A DNA stretch of 64,000 nucleotides from an uncultured Chlamydiales bacterium. Its GTDB lineage: Bacteria > Chlamydiota > Chlamydiia > Chlamydiales > JAAKFR01. A program made the position numbers and the translations under genes. Positions 1 through 12,360 of this stretch are shown piece by piece (the first letter of the stretch is position 1; each line of letters starts with the position of its first letter). The notes beneath the pieces were generated by a model that had not been told where the DNA came from, did not search any database, and worked only from the letters and a program-made list of their open reading frames with translations. The DNA lies in contig OY969414.1 in NCBI GenBank assembly GCA_963699155.1, positions 1,195,757 to 1,259,756 of the forward strand, read 5' to 3'.

Positions 1-636
1 TTTCCTAAAGTCGTACTCCATCCCTCATTTGATTGGATGATGGCCAGTCTCGATGGAATTGATATCGATGGCACTTCAATTGTAGAGATTAAATGTCCTG
101 GTCAAGTCGATCATGAAATAGCAAAAGCAGGGAAGGTGCCTGAGAAATATTTCCCTCAACTTCAACATCAATTAGCCGTAACCGGTCTGGACATGGTCTC
201 TTATTTGAGTTTTGATGGAAATGAAGGAGTGATCATCGAAATAGGAAGGGATGAGCATTTCATTGCAAAAATGATCGATTTAGAGAAAGAGTTTTGGAAA
301 TGCGTGACGACTCTTACGGCCCCTCCATTGCAAGAAAGGGATATTGTCAAGCGTGAGGATCTAGAGTGGGCCGAAGTATCTAAACAATGGCTCGAGGTGC
401 ATCAAAAGATGCAGGTTCTTGAAAATGAAGAGAAAGCATTACGTGAAGTTCTTATCCAAATGGCAGGGGTTCAAAATGTCACAGGTGGAGGCGTTCGGTT
501 AACACGCTCTCTTCGCAAAGGCAATGTACAATATGGCCAGATCCCAGAACTTCAAAATATAGATTTGGAAAAATACCGCAAAGAACCCATGGAAATTTGG
601 AGGCTTCTACCTTCTGATAAAAAGAAGGATGCCTAA
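1..636 (+). CDS. YqaJ/lambda-exonuclease-like viral recombinase (5' partial)
   Basis: Frame open from base 1; motifs MASLDG...VEIKCP...YFPQLQHQLAVTG typical of YqaJ-family PD-(D/E)xK nucleases. Confidence 0.85.
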   Translation, partial: FPKVVLHPSFDWMMASLDGIDIDGTSIVEIKCPGQVDHEIAKAGKVPEKYFPQLQHQLAVTGLDMVSYLSFDGNEGVIIEIGRDEHFIAKMIDLEKEFWKCVTTLTAPPLQERDIVKREDLEWAEVSKQWLEVHQKMQVLENEEKALREVLIQMAGVQNVTGGGVRLTRSLRKGNVQYGQIPELQNIDLEKYRKEPMEIWRLLPSDKKKDA

Positions 637-845
637 AAAAGGGACTAAGGATGAACTTCATCCATTTTTCTGAACTTCAGGGTTACTGGTTGACAAAATC
701 ACAGAAATATTGAATATGAAATTTTATAATGGGTTTGAGCCTATTCTCTTCTTCCATTTTGGAAGAGAGTTGTGTATCAAGCGTAGGGCGTTTTCTTACG
801 CTTGCATCCGATAAGTGCATGGCATCCTCATCTTAATAGGTATTC

Positions 846-1844
846 ATGGAACTAAAAGCCAATAATCATTTAGCTCCTATTGTAGTAATCACAGGAGCCT
901 CTGCAGGTGTAGGGAGGGCCACGGCCCTTCGATTTGCTAAAAGCGGAGCTAAAATGGGGTTAATAGCTCGAGATGGCGAGCGTCTCAAAAATCTGGAAAA
1001 GGAAATCACAAATCTAGGATCTGAAGCCCTCTCGATTCCAATGGATGTAACCAATGAAGACGATATGTTCCGCGCTGCGGATGAGGTCGAAGAAAAGCTG
1101 GGACCGATTGACATTTGGATCAATAACGCTATGGTTACGATTGATTCGGAATTTATAAATATAGAGCCAAAGAATACGCCCGCGTCACTGATGTGTGTTA
1201 CCACGGTTTTGTCTATGGCACAATGGCTGCTCTTTCTAAGATGTATCCTCGAAATAAAGGGGTGATTGTCCTCGTCGGTTCGGCTTTGGCATACAGAGGG
1301 ATTCCACTCCAATCGGCTTATTGCGGAGCTAAACATGCGATACAAGGATTTAGTGAATCTTTGCGCAGTGAACTCATCCATAATAAAAAAAATATCTTCA
1401 TCACCATGGTTCAAATGCCCGCGCTAAATACTCCTCAATTCCATGTGGTGCAAAACAAATAGACCTAACAAACCAAAACCCGTGGCGCCCATTTTTCAAC
1501 CGGAAATTGCAGCTGAAGCGATTTTTTGGTCGGCGCACCATCCCAAAAAACGGGAAATTATCGTAGGAGCGAGGAATACCGTAATCGTATGGGGGAATAA
1601 ATTTTTCCCTGGATTTGGAGATTGGTATCTGGCTAAAACATGCTATAAATCTCAAATGACAAAAGAGCCGGTTGAAGAGAATCGGAAAATAAATCTTTGG
1701 ACCACCGTAAAAGGACCTTTTAAGTCTCATGGAACATTTGATAAAGAAGCTGTAAATAAGAGTTTGCAACTCTATTTCGTCATGCATCCATGGATCTTCC
1801 TGTTTGATTTTAGTTTTAATTTTAATAGGGGCATAGTATTTTAA
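846..1844 (+). CDS. SDR family oxidoreductase (two frameshifts)
   Basis: ITGASAGVG Rossmann motif, INNA and catalytic YCGAK spread over ORFs 846-1265, 1193-1462 and 1443-1844. Confidence 0.85.
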
Positions 1845-1848
1845 TAAA

Positions 1849-1990
1849 ATGGCATTAAAAAAGGAAACATAATCAGGTCGATAAAAACTTCTGTGTATAA
1901 AATCCCAACTAGTTCACCCGAATCTGATGGTACAATTCGAAGTGGGATGAAACAACTCTGGTTTTAGTATCCGTCGTGAACAGGTGATTC
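1849..1990 (+). pseudogene. N-terminal fragment of a mandelate racemase/muconate lactonizing (enolase-superfamily) protein
   Basis: Hand translation across frameshifts gives VYKIPTSSPESDGT..WDETTLVLVSV, resembling that family's N-terminus; the rest of the gene is absent. Confidence 0.5.
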
Positions 1991-2061
1991 AAACAACAGG
2001 CAAAAAAGTGCATCATTTAGCAGAAATATTAAAAATGGCCATCGACCAATAAAACCATTCG

Positions 2062-4468
2062 TTAAGAGCCGATGCGGACAATGAAATCTACACCTTCCCA
2101 ATGCTTCGCTTCCGGCCAGTGAAAAGTGAATTTCACTTCATTTCCAGTAGAAAGTTGCGTCGTCATGAGATCAGCGCTATGAATCCCTAATCCTACATCA
2201 TGTGTTTTTACATCATGAGTTGTTTGCCAATTATCAGCGCTCCAATGAATGATTGCAGGCGTCAATGTTTCGATACGGAGTATTTTGCCGGGATAGATGA
2301 AGCGAATCTTTTGATTAAACCTCCATATCATCCTTGGAGATACCGTTTTATCAATCAGATAACGTTTCACGGTTTGAGGAGGCATATCGAAGACTTTCCC
2401 GTCATGTAATGAACGTCGCAATTTGAGGTATTCTGCATGGGCCCAGACAAGAGGCATAGCCGAACCGGAAGGTTTACCCAAATACAATCCCTTTTCTGGT
2501 ATATCCTGCTTATCCCAGACTTGTTCTGAAATCAGCCCATTTTCTCCTGCGAAAGATTCCATGGCGTTAAGCAGCTTCTTTGCATTTTCGACCTGACCTG
2601 CTGCCAATTCGTAATGGGCTCGTTCACCTGTCAACAAGGGCCAACCACGGCCTATTCCTGTCCCATCAAATGGCGAGCCATCTTCATGTTCCCCATAGCC
2701 ATCATCATTGTAGCGATGCCATGTAGGCCCGCAAGGGGTCTCTATTTTGAGCAATGCATCTATCACTTTTACTGTATCGCGCATGCGTGGGTCATCCGCA
2801 GCGCGCAAACCAAAGCGTACTAGAGCAAGTGCATCGGGGCTTATCAGATGTTTAGTAAGCATAGTATCTTCAGCAGCCGAAACGTTTGGGATATGTACAT
2901 CCTTTTGTAAACGGGATACGCCTCCTGCTTTTTGCGTCGGAACAATCCGTACATAAAACCCTTGGACGTTAAATTTACGGCACCAGTCTGTTCCAGAGAC
3001 GTACATCCACTGATCGATGGATGTATTCCATACATCTGCGACCTCACGCAAGTAATTTGCAATCGATGTTTCCTGATTCAAATCGGCAAGATCAGCTGCT
3101 GCCAAGAGTGCAGCAATTTCTGCTCCAACAGTGAATTGTGAATATCCTGGATCTTCTTCCCAACGATCTTCTGGGCTAACAGGTCCATTGCGGACTAAAT
3201 AGCCAGCCGCATTTCGTACCATCGGCCAAAACTGAGCTGCGCTTTCCCTCGTCAATGCCCTTTCACGCAAAGCAAAATCAACCAAAAGAATGGGCAGGGC
3301 AGTTTCATCCATTTGGATTCCAGTCCAATTGGGCGAGCCATCCACCCACATATTCTGGGGCCAATACCCTTCAGCATGTTGAGTTGACTGCAAGAAAGAA
3401 AGCATGCGACGGACATCCTCATGCGCACCGGCAGCTAGCAAGGCGCCTGCCGTTTCCACCATGTCGCGGGACCAAATAAGGTGGTAACCACCCAGGTCCT
3501 TATCTCCCTTACTAAATCCCCAAGGTATGGATAGGCTAGCTATCAGGCCCCCCGGAGGTGTTTGGGATTCATGAGTGCGTATCACAGAGAGACTCTTTCG
3601 AGAAAGGGTGTTAGGAAGGGGATCTATCTCTTTCAACGCAGTATGCCCATTTATCCAATCCTGCCACCCGGCAAGGTAGGCTTGCTTTGCCGGATCAAAA
3701 CCAGCCTTAAGGCTGGCGATGGCATTGTGAGCGGCTTCTTCAGGATTCTTTGCCAAACCCAAGAGCCAATAGGAAATTACCACCCGATTTTGCAAGATCG
3801 ATTTGAGCAGTGAGAGACACATTGCCCCTTTCAGCGCGCGAATATTCACAAGTCATTTGTTTGTGATCTCTTAAGTCATGCCATCCATCTGAGGGACCTA
3901 CGTAGCTAACAGATCGTTTTAGCCAGGGAACGGAACAGGCAAGAGCTAATGCACAGTCTTTTCTCTGAGCAAATAATAGCTGAGTATTCTCAAATTCAGC
4001 TAGCCAAGCGGTATTATCCTGACCTTGATTCTCCAGATGTGGTGAAAGTACGACGTAGATTTTATAATCTGGTAATTGCCCTTGAAGTGGGATAAATTGC
4101 GTCTGTTGTAACACAGTATCTCGCTGAGAGTCTGTCACAATCTGTTTTTCAATGCGGTACCGATGTTCATGGCAGGTATTGACTAAACTAAATGCTGGTA
4201 CGCCATCGGCCATCCAGTGCACTTGTGAATCAGTATTCCGTTTCTCTTCTGAAAAAAAATGGCTCCCATCTGTGGCGATTAATCCCATATCGCGAGTACA
4301 AGCTTGGTCAATACGGGGATAATAGATTTCATTGAAGATTCCATGGCTAAGTGTAAACCAAATATGACTCTTGTCGCTAAGGGCCGTTCCAACTCCTGTT
4401 TTAGCGCTAGAAGTCCAACGAGCAGGGACACCGGGACTGCCGGGGGCGAAATTGTTTGGTGTTGGCAT
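2062..4468 (-). CDS. Glucoamylase / glucan 1,4-alpha-glucosidase (glucodextranase-N + GH15), one frameshift near 3.8 kb
   Basis: N-terminal APGSPG..RWTSSAKTGVG; GH15 motifs IASLSIPWG, GGYHLIWSRD, EDRWEE, RYNDDGYGE, SAMPLVWAHAEY. Confidence 0.9.
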
Positions 4469-4667
4469 GCTATATCCTTTTTGCATTTCCAATCTTTTCT
4501 ACATTTCTCTATTTAAAAAATAAATATCAAAATCATGTAGATACAGTTTGTCTCCACGTACCAGTTGGCTAAAATTAAAATAATAGTTACAGTCGTGTTA
4601 TCTTCGGTGAGTTGTTGTAAACATCTCATTCTTAATCAAGTTACTGATGTAATAGGCGTGGTCGAAC

Positions 4668-5911
4668 ATGAAACCAACTAGTCCTAGCATCCTGACAATC
4701 AATGGCGGTTCATCGAGCATTAAATTCGCGCTATTCGAAGCGAATAGCCCCCTGAATCGCATTCTGGGGGGCAGCATGGAGCAGATTGGACTGCCGGAAC
4801 CACCTTCGTGTGAAAGGGATCGAGCCAGGCGGATCACATTTCGCGACCTACTCGCTCAGAACCATACTGCAGCGGTAGATATCTTGATGGATTGGATTGA
4901 AGAGAGGTTCGGGAAAGATGCATTGACCGCAGTGGGACATCGCATGGTACATGGTGGAAAAATATATAAGCCGCAGCGAATTACTGAGGAAATGGTTGAA
5001 GAATTGCGTCAACTTCAGTCCTTTCGATCCTGAGCATCTGCCTGAAGAGATCCTTTTGATCGAGGCATTTCATCGTCGATTTCCTGACTTCCGCAAGTAG
5101 CGTGTTTTGACACAGCTTTTCATCATGATCTGCCACGGGTAGCTAAGTTGTTACCGATTCCACGCCGTTATGAAGCGCAGGGAGTGAGGCGGTATGGGTT
5201 TCACGGGTTATCCTATGAGTTTTTAATGGGAGAACTGGCCCGCTTGGCTGGAACAGAGGCAGCACAAGGCCGGGTCATCCTCGCCCATCTCGGCAATGGT
5301 GCGAGCCTAGCTGCGGTGCGACGGTGGCAAATCTATGGATACCAGCATGAGTTTCACTCCGACAGCCGGGGTGCCGATGAGTACACGTTCAGGAGATCTT
5401 GATCCGGACTAGTTTGGTATTTGGCACGCACGGAGGGATTCGATGCAAAACAATTCAATGAGATGGTTAATTTTCAGTCGGGACTGCTTGGTGTATCGGA
5501 GATTAGTTCCGATATGCGTGACTTGCTCGATCATGAAACTCAGGATATACGGGCAGCTGAAGCGGTCGCATTGTTTTGTTATCAGGTTAAGAAATGGATC
5601 GGTGCATTTGCAGCGGCGTTAGGTGGACTGGATACACTGGTATTTGCTGGTGGTATCGGGGAGAATGCACCTACGATTCGTTCCCGGATTTGCGAAGGTT
5701 TAGGATTTCTTGGAATCGAATTCGAAGAAAAACAAAATGCAGGCAAATGAAGGAGTTATTTCTACGGCAGCCGGCCAGAGTAACTGTCCGGGTCATACAT
5801 ACAGATGAAGAATGGATGATAGCACATACGGTCTGTCGCGTCCTTGGACTTAGAAGTCTTAACAAAGTGAAAAACATGATAATGAAGCATGCTGTAGAAA
5901 CTAGAAGTTGA
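4668..5911 (+). CDS. ackA: Acetate/propionate kinase (several frameshifts)
   Basis: [50 protein letters not shown] and TDEEWMIA across successive ORFs. Confidence 0.9.
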
Positions 5912-5926
5912 AAAACTGGTAAGCCA

Positions 5927-8280
5927 TTGTCGCCCGATCTGCTGCAAAAAATGAATGCCTATTGGCGGGCTGCGAATTACCTTTCGGTCGGCCAGATTTA
6001 TCTCTATGACAATCCACTGCTGAAGGAGCCACTAAAATTATCTCATGTGAAGCCGCTAGTGGTTGGACACTGGGGCACAACACCGGGCCAGAATTTCATC
6101 TATGTGCATTTGAACCGGGTCATCAAGAAATATGACTTGAATATGTTCTACATCGCCGGTCCTGGCCACGGCGGCCCGGCATTAGTGGCGAAATACTTAT
6201 CTCGAAGGCACCTATAGTGAGATTTATCCGAACATCAGCCAGGATGAAGCGGGCTTAAAAAAACTGTTCACGCAATTTTCGTTTCCCGGTGGGATTTCCA
6301 GCCATGTTGCGCCGACAACACCAGGGTCGATTCACGAAGGGGGTGAGCTAGGGTATTCACTCAGCCATGCCTTTGGTGCTGCATTCGACAATCCCGATCT
6401 GATCGTCGCTTGTGTGATTGGCGATGGTGAAGCAGAAACTGGCCCTTTGGCGACCGCATGGCAATCCAATAAATTTCTCAATCCAATTACCGATGGAGCT
6501 GTGCTGCCGATCCTACACCTAAATGGTTACAAGATCAGCAATCCGACTATCTTGGCTCGCATCGAGCATGAGGAATTGGAACAATTTTTCCGAGGCTGCG
6601 GCTGGACGCCTTATTTTGTGGAAGGTGATGAACCGGAAGAGATGCATCAACTCATGGCCGGTACTTTGGAAAAAGTCATCGAGGAGATTCGGCAGATCCA
6701 AAGCAACGCACGCAACAAGAATGACACTACTCGGCCACGCTGGCCAATGATCGTCCTGAGATCACCAAAGGGTTGGACTGGGCCAAAAGTTAGTTGATGG
6801 TCTGCAAATTGAAGGGACATTCCGAGCACATCAAGTGCCGCTTCTGGTAGATGCCGAGCATCCCGATCATGTTCAAGCAGCTTGAAAGCTGGATGAAAAG
6901 CTACAAGGCAGAGGAACTATTCGATGAGAATGGGCAGGCTTATACCGGAATTAGCTGAGCTTGCGCCTAAGGGTGACCGGCGGATGGGCGCCAATCCTCA
7001 TGCCAATGGTGGTATTTTGCTGCGCGATCTGCGTAATGCCGGACTTTCACGATCACGCGGTGAATGTGCCGTCTCCTGGCGCTGTCATGGCTCAAGACAC
7101 GCTCGTGCTGGGCAAGTTCCTTCGTGATGTGGCCAAGCTGAATCAGGATCAACGTAATTTTCGTATTTTCGGTCCCGATGAGACACTCTCGAATCTTTTG
7201 GGTGCAGTCTTTGAAGTCACTAATCGTCAATGGGACGCTCGGGAAGTAAAAAATGATGAATTTCTCGCACCCGCAGGACAAGTGCTGGATTCGATGCTCA
7301 GCGAGCACCAGTGCGAGGGATGGCTAGAAGGATATTTGTTAACCGGGCGGCATGGGCTGTTTAACAGTTATGAAGCCTTCATTCGTATCGTCGATTCGAT
7401 GTTCAGCCAGCATGCCAAATGGCTGAAGGTAACATTGGAATTGCCCTGGCGCCGGAAGATCGCATCGTTGAACTACCTGCTTGCCTCTCACGTCTGGCAG
7501 CAGGATCACAATGGATTCACACACCAAGATCCCGGTTTCATTGACCACGTGATCAATAAAAAGGCCGATATCGTACGCGTTTATCTACCCCCCGATGCCA
7601 ATTGCCTACTCTCGGTCTTTGATCACTGCCTGCGCAGCCGACATTACGTCAATGTGGTGGTAGCCGGCAAACATGCTCTCCCTCAATGGTTGACTATGGA
7701 CGCTGCAATTGTCCATTGCACGGAAGGAATTGGCATCTGGCAATGGGCTAGCAATGACCAGAATGCTGAGCCAGACGTGGTGATGGGCTGCTGCGGAGAT
7801 ACTCCCACACTGGAGATCTTGGCTGCTGTTTCCATTCTCCGCCAGCATCTACCCGATCTGAAAATCCGGGTGATCAATGTCGTCGATCTGATGAAGTTGC
7901 AGTCTCAGAGCGAGCATCCGCATGGTCTAAGCGACAAGGATTACGATTCTCTATTCACCAAAGATAAGCACATCATCTTCGGCTTTCATGGATACCCATG
8001 GCTGATCCACCGATTGACCTACCGCCGGACCAACCGCAACCTCCATGTTCGTGGCTATAAAGAAGAGGGCACCATCACGACTCCCTTCGATTTGAGAGTG
8101 CAAAACGACCTGGATCGCTTTCATTTAGTGCAAGATGTGGTCGATCGCCTGCCCCATTTAGGTGGTAAGGGGGCTTATTTGAAGCAGATGATGCAAGACA
8201 AGCTCATCGAGCACAAGCACTATGTCGATAAGCACGGCCAGGACATGCCGGAAATTCGGAATTGGAAATGGAAGGGATGA
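5927..8280 (+). CDS. xfp: Phosphoketolase (XFP family; frameshifted)
   Basis: [34 protein letters not shown] motif, [39 protein letters not shown]. Confidence 0.93.
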
Positions 8281-8350
8281 TAGTGCGATGGCGTTGCGAT
8301 TGATTGAGATAGTGTTGCAGGCTAATTCTCCTATTACAAAAGAGTAGAAT

Positions 8351-9376
8351 ATGACTATGGAAGCGCTAATAGATATCGCGAAAATGTTAGTTGCTGGAGA
8401 CAAGGGTCTTCTGGCAATGGATGAAAGTAATCCAACCTGTAACAAACGATTTGCCAAGTTGAGGAATTCCCGAGACTGAGGAGAACAGACGATGCCTATC
8501 GAGAGTTAATTGTAACAACACCTGGTCTTAGTGAGTGCATTAGCGGTGTGATTCTTTACGATGAGACAATCCGTCAACAGAAGAAAGATGGAACTCCATT
8601 TGTTAAGGTTATCACCGATGCAGGAATTATTCCCGGCATTAAAGTTGAACTGGTGCAAAGGACATGGCAGGTCATCCTGGAGAAAAAATAACTGAGGGTC
8701 TCGATAGATTGCGCGACGTTTGGCTGAATATTCTCAAATGGGCGCCCGTTTTTGCTAAGTGGCGCGCGGTGATTGCAATAGGCGATAGTATTCCAAGTCG
8801 AGGTTGCATCGAGGCAAATGCATAGGCATTGGCTCGCTATGCCGCATTATGCCAGGAGGCTGGACTGGTACCCATCATAGAGCCGGAAGTGCTCATGGAT
8901 GGCGAGCATACATTAGAAAGATGCTTCGAGGTAACAGAGGAAGTCTTACGAATAGTTTTCAATCAACTTTACACGCAAGGTGTGATGCTGGAGGGGATGA
9001 TCCTTAAGCCCAATATGGTGCTTCCTGGATTGACTTGTCCCAAGCAAGAAACGGTGGATGAGGTGGCTGATACCACAGTAAAATGTCTCTTGCGAGCTGT
9101 CCCGGCTGCTGTTCCTGGCATTGCGTTCTTGTCAGGTGGACAAAGCTGTGAATTGGCTTCGGCCCGTTTGAATGCCATGAATGTTAGATTCAAGTCACGA
9201 CTCCCTTGGGCGCTTGGCGTTTTCATTTGCGCGCGCCATCCAACAACCTGCTTTGGAGATTTGGCAAGGCAAAGAAGCCAACGTGCCCGCAGCACAAGAA
9301 GCTCTTATATCATCGAGCTAAATGCAATCGGGCTGCACGCCGTGGTGAATACACTCCCTCGATGGAAAGGGTATGA
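8351..9376 (+). CDS. Class I fructose-bisphosphate aldolase (frameshifted)
   Basis: Hand translation from ATG 8351 gives KGLLAMDES; also ARYAALCQEAGLVPIIEPEV, ILKPNMV and FLSGGQS; ends GEYTPSMERV* at 9376. Confidence 0.88.
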
Positions 9377-9400
9377 GATAGTAATAACAGAGATACCATT

Positions 9401-11863
9401 ATGGGATCAAATTGGCCAGCCCAGGATCAAATCGAAGTCCGATACGAAGGATGATTTAAAATCCCTACCCTTGCGGAGGTGGAGAAAAAATTGGGTTCTT
9501 CGCCGGAGGGCCTTAGCGAGGCCGAGGCGCAGAAACGACTGACCCAATATGGACCTAACGAGATTGAAGAAAAGAAAACCAATTCCGTTCCTGAAATTCC
9601 TCTCCTATTTTTGGGGTCCCATCCCGTGGATGATTGAAGTAGCCGTGATTTTATCTGGAGTGGTTCGACACTGGCCCGATTTTTTCATTATCCTCATTTT
9701 GCTTTTTGCTAATGCCGTAGTCGGATTCTGGGAAGAACACAAAGCGGCCAATGCCATTGCTGCTCTGAAGGCCCAGCTTGCGATCAAGGCCCGGGTGAAA
9801 CGCGATGGGAAGTGGATTACTCCCGCGGCGCGTGAGTTGGTTCCAGGTGATCTCATCCGATTGCGGCATGGGCGACATTGTTCCGGCGGATGCGCGGCTC
9901 CTGGATGGAGATCCGGTAGAGGTGGATCAATCTGCGCTGACGGGAGAATCATTGCCCGTCGAGAAGAAATCTGGCGAGGCGGTATTTTCAGGATCGATCG
10001 TCCGCCAGGGTGAAATCGGCGCATTGGTCTATGCTACTGGAACGAATACTTACTTCGGTAAGACGGCGCAGCTGGTACAGGAAGCACATACCGTCAGCCA
10101 TTTTCAAAAGGCCGTTTTGAAGATCGGCAATTACCTGATCATTCTTGCGGCTGTTATGGTGGCGGTAATTATTACCGTAGCGATCTTCCGCGGCGATCCG
10201 ATTCTCACCACACTGCAATTTGCCCTTGTACTGACCGTGGCCGCTATTCCTGTGGCAATGCCGACGGTTTTATCGGTGACGATGGCAGTCGGTGCGCGCC
10301 TCCTTGCCAAAGAAACAGGCGATTGTGAGCAAGTTAGTGGCTATTGAGGAATTGGCAGGCGTGGATATCCTATGCGCGGACAAGACTGGCACCTTGACCC
10401 AAAACAAGCTGACGCTGGGCGATCCATTCAGCGTGAACAATATTCCAGCCGAACAAGTGATTCTCAATGCTGCGCTGGCATCGCGCGCGGACAATAACGA
10501 TACCATTGATCTGGCTGTTCTTGGTGGCCTGAAAAACAAAGATGCGTTGAAAGACTATCAGGTGATCCATTTTCAACCATTCGATCCAGTGCATAAACGC
10601 ACCGAAGCCACAGTCAAGAGTGCAGATGGAAAACAGTTCAAAGTGACGAAGGGCGCACCTCAGGTGATTTTGGCATTGTCGGCCAATGCTGGACAGGTGA
10701 AGGATGCTGTCGAGAAAGCTAGTAGACGAATTCGCTGCACGTGGCTTTCGTTCGCTTGGCGTAGCGCGGGCCGATGGAGATGGCGGGTGGCAGTTTATCG
10801 GTGTGTTGCCCCTGTTCGATCCACCACGAGAAGATGCCAAAGCAACGATTGCGACCGCAGGGCAAATGGGCGTAAAGATCAAGATGGTTACGGGCGATCA
10901 ACTGGCCATTGCCAAGGAAACTGCCAAAAAATTAGGCATGGGTACAAATATCCTTGATGCCGCAGTCTTTAGGCGACTCAAAGCAGTCAGGAGACCGCAG
11001 AGACTGCTGAATCCATCGAGAAGGCCGACGGTTTTGCTCAAGTGTTCCCGGAACATAAGTTCCACATTGTGGATGTCCTGCAAAAACGGGGCCATATGGT
11101 TGGCATGACAGGAGATGGGGTAAATGATGCCCCTGCTCTGAAGAAAGCCGACTGCGGCATTGCCGTTTCTGGTGCGACAGATGCAGCGCGTGCAGCAGCC
11201 TCCATCGTGCTGATGAAGCCCGGCCTATCGGTAATCATCGATGCCATCAAGGAGAGCCGGAAAATATTCCAGCGGATGAATAGCTACGCGATCTACCGTA
11301 TTGCCGAGACATTGCGCGTACTGCTTTTCATGACAGCAGCGATCCTGATCTTTAACTTTTATCCCTTGACAGCCGTGATGATCGTGATGCTGGCGTTGCT
11401 CAATGACGGCGCTATCCTGTCTATTGCCTATGACAACGTTCATTACAAGGATCAGCCTGAAGCCTGGAATATGCGTATGGTACTGGGGATTGCCACCGTG
11501 CTGGGCATCATCGGCCCCGTGGCTGCATTCGGTTTGTTCTATCTTGGGCGACGTGTTTTTCACCTCGACCATAAGCATCTCCAGCCGATGATGTATCTGA
11601 TGCTTTCCGTTGCCGGGCATCTGACAATTTTCCTTACCCGCACGCGCGGTCCTTTCTGGTCTATACGCCCTGCGCGGATTTTATGGATGGCCGTATTCGG
11701 CACACAAATCATGGCAACATTCATCGCAGTCTACGGATTTCTTATGCCACCACTTGGCTGGAAATGGGCCGGATTTGTATGGGGATATGCACTGATATGG
11801 GCCTTCTTGAGTGACCGCGTGAAATTGCTCGCGTATCGGATTTTTGATCCAATTAAAATCTAA
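9401..11863 (+). CDS. Plasma-membrane-type proton-efflux P-type ATPase (P3A; frameshifted)
   Basis: FWGPIPWMIE, DQSALTGES, AIPVAMP, DKTGTLT phosphorylation site, KGAPQ, MTGDGVNDAPALKKA, IAYD. Confidence 0.9.
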
Positions 11864-12018
11864 AAAACCATCCGATTTGACACCGCAGATCGCCAAGCGT
11901 GCGTATGAACTATACGAGCAACGGGGCCGTCAAGATGGAGAGAGCGGTTCAAGATTGGCTCCAGGCGGAACATGAAATACAGAAAGATAAATCACATAAA
12001 GAGAAATTGCCAAAATGA
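11864..12018 (+). CDS. DUF2934-like domain, probably the frameshifted C-terminus of the H+-ATPase
   Basis: Hand translation gives DLTPQIAKRAYELYEQRGRQDG..AVQDWLQAEHEI; it has no ATG start of its own. Confidence 0.65.
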
Positions 12019-12103
12019 CTCCAGACTCCAACTCATTTGATTCAAGCATTGGCATATCATTTGCTGGAACAAGCGTAATAACATTTATTATTGACGGCAT
12101 ACC

Positions 12104-12268
12104 ATGCTTTGGTGGTCTGTATTTTTTTTGATTGCCGCAATCGTGGCAGCAATTTTTGCCTTTGGAGAGATTCTCGTTGGCGCAAAATCAATTGCCAGAT
12201 TTTTTTTCTGGGCTTTTCTGGCTCTGTTCTTTGTCAGTATAATTTTCTATACCTACACCCTGCCTTAA
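12104..12268 (+). CDS. Small membrane protein, DUF1328/UPF0391 (YtjA-like), 54 aa
   Basis: Below the ORF-track cutoff: MLWWSVFFLIAAIVAAIFAFGEILVGAKSIARFFFWAFLALFFVSIIFYTYTLP*. Confidence 0.8.
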   Translation: MLWWSVFFLIAAIVAAIFAFGEILVGAKSIARFFFWAFLALFFVSIIFYTYTLP

Positions 12269-12360
12269 GTTGTGTTTGTTTAAGGAATAGTAAATGAAAA
12301 TTTTTGTAAGAGAAACATCATCTGAAAGTTTCTCAAGGTAAAAGAAAGAATCTGCCATTG

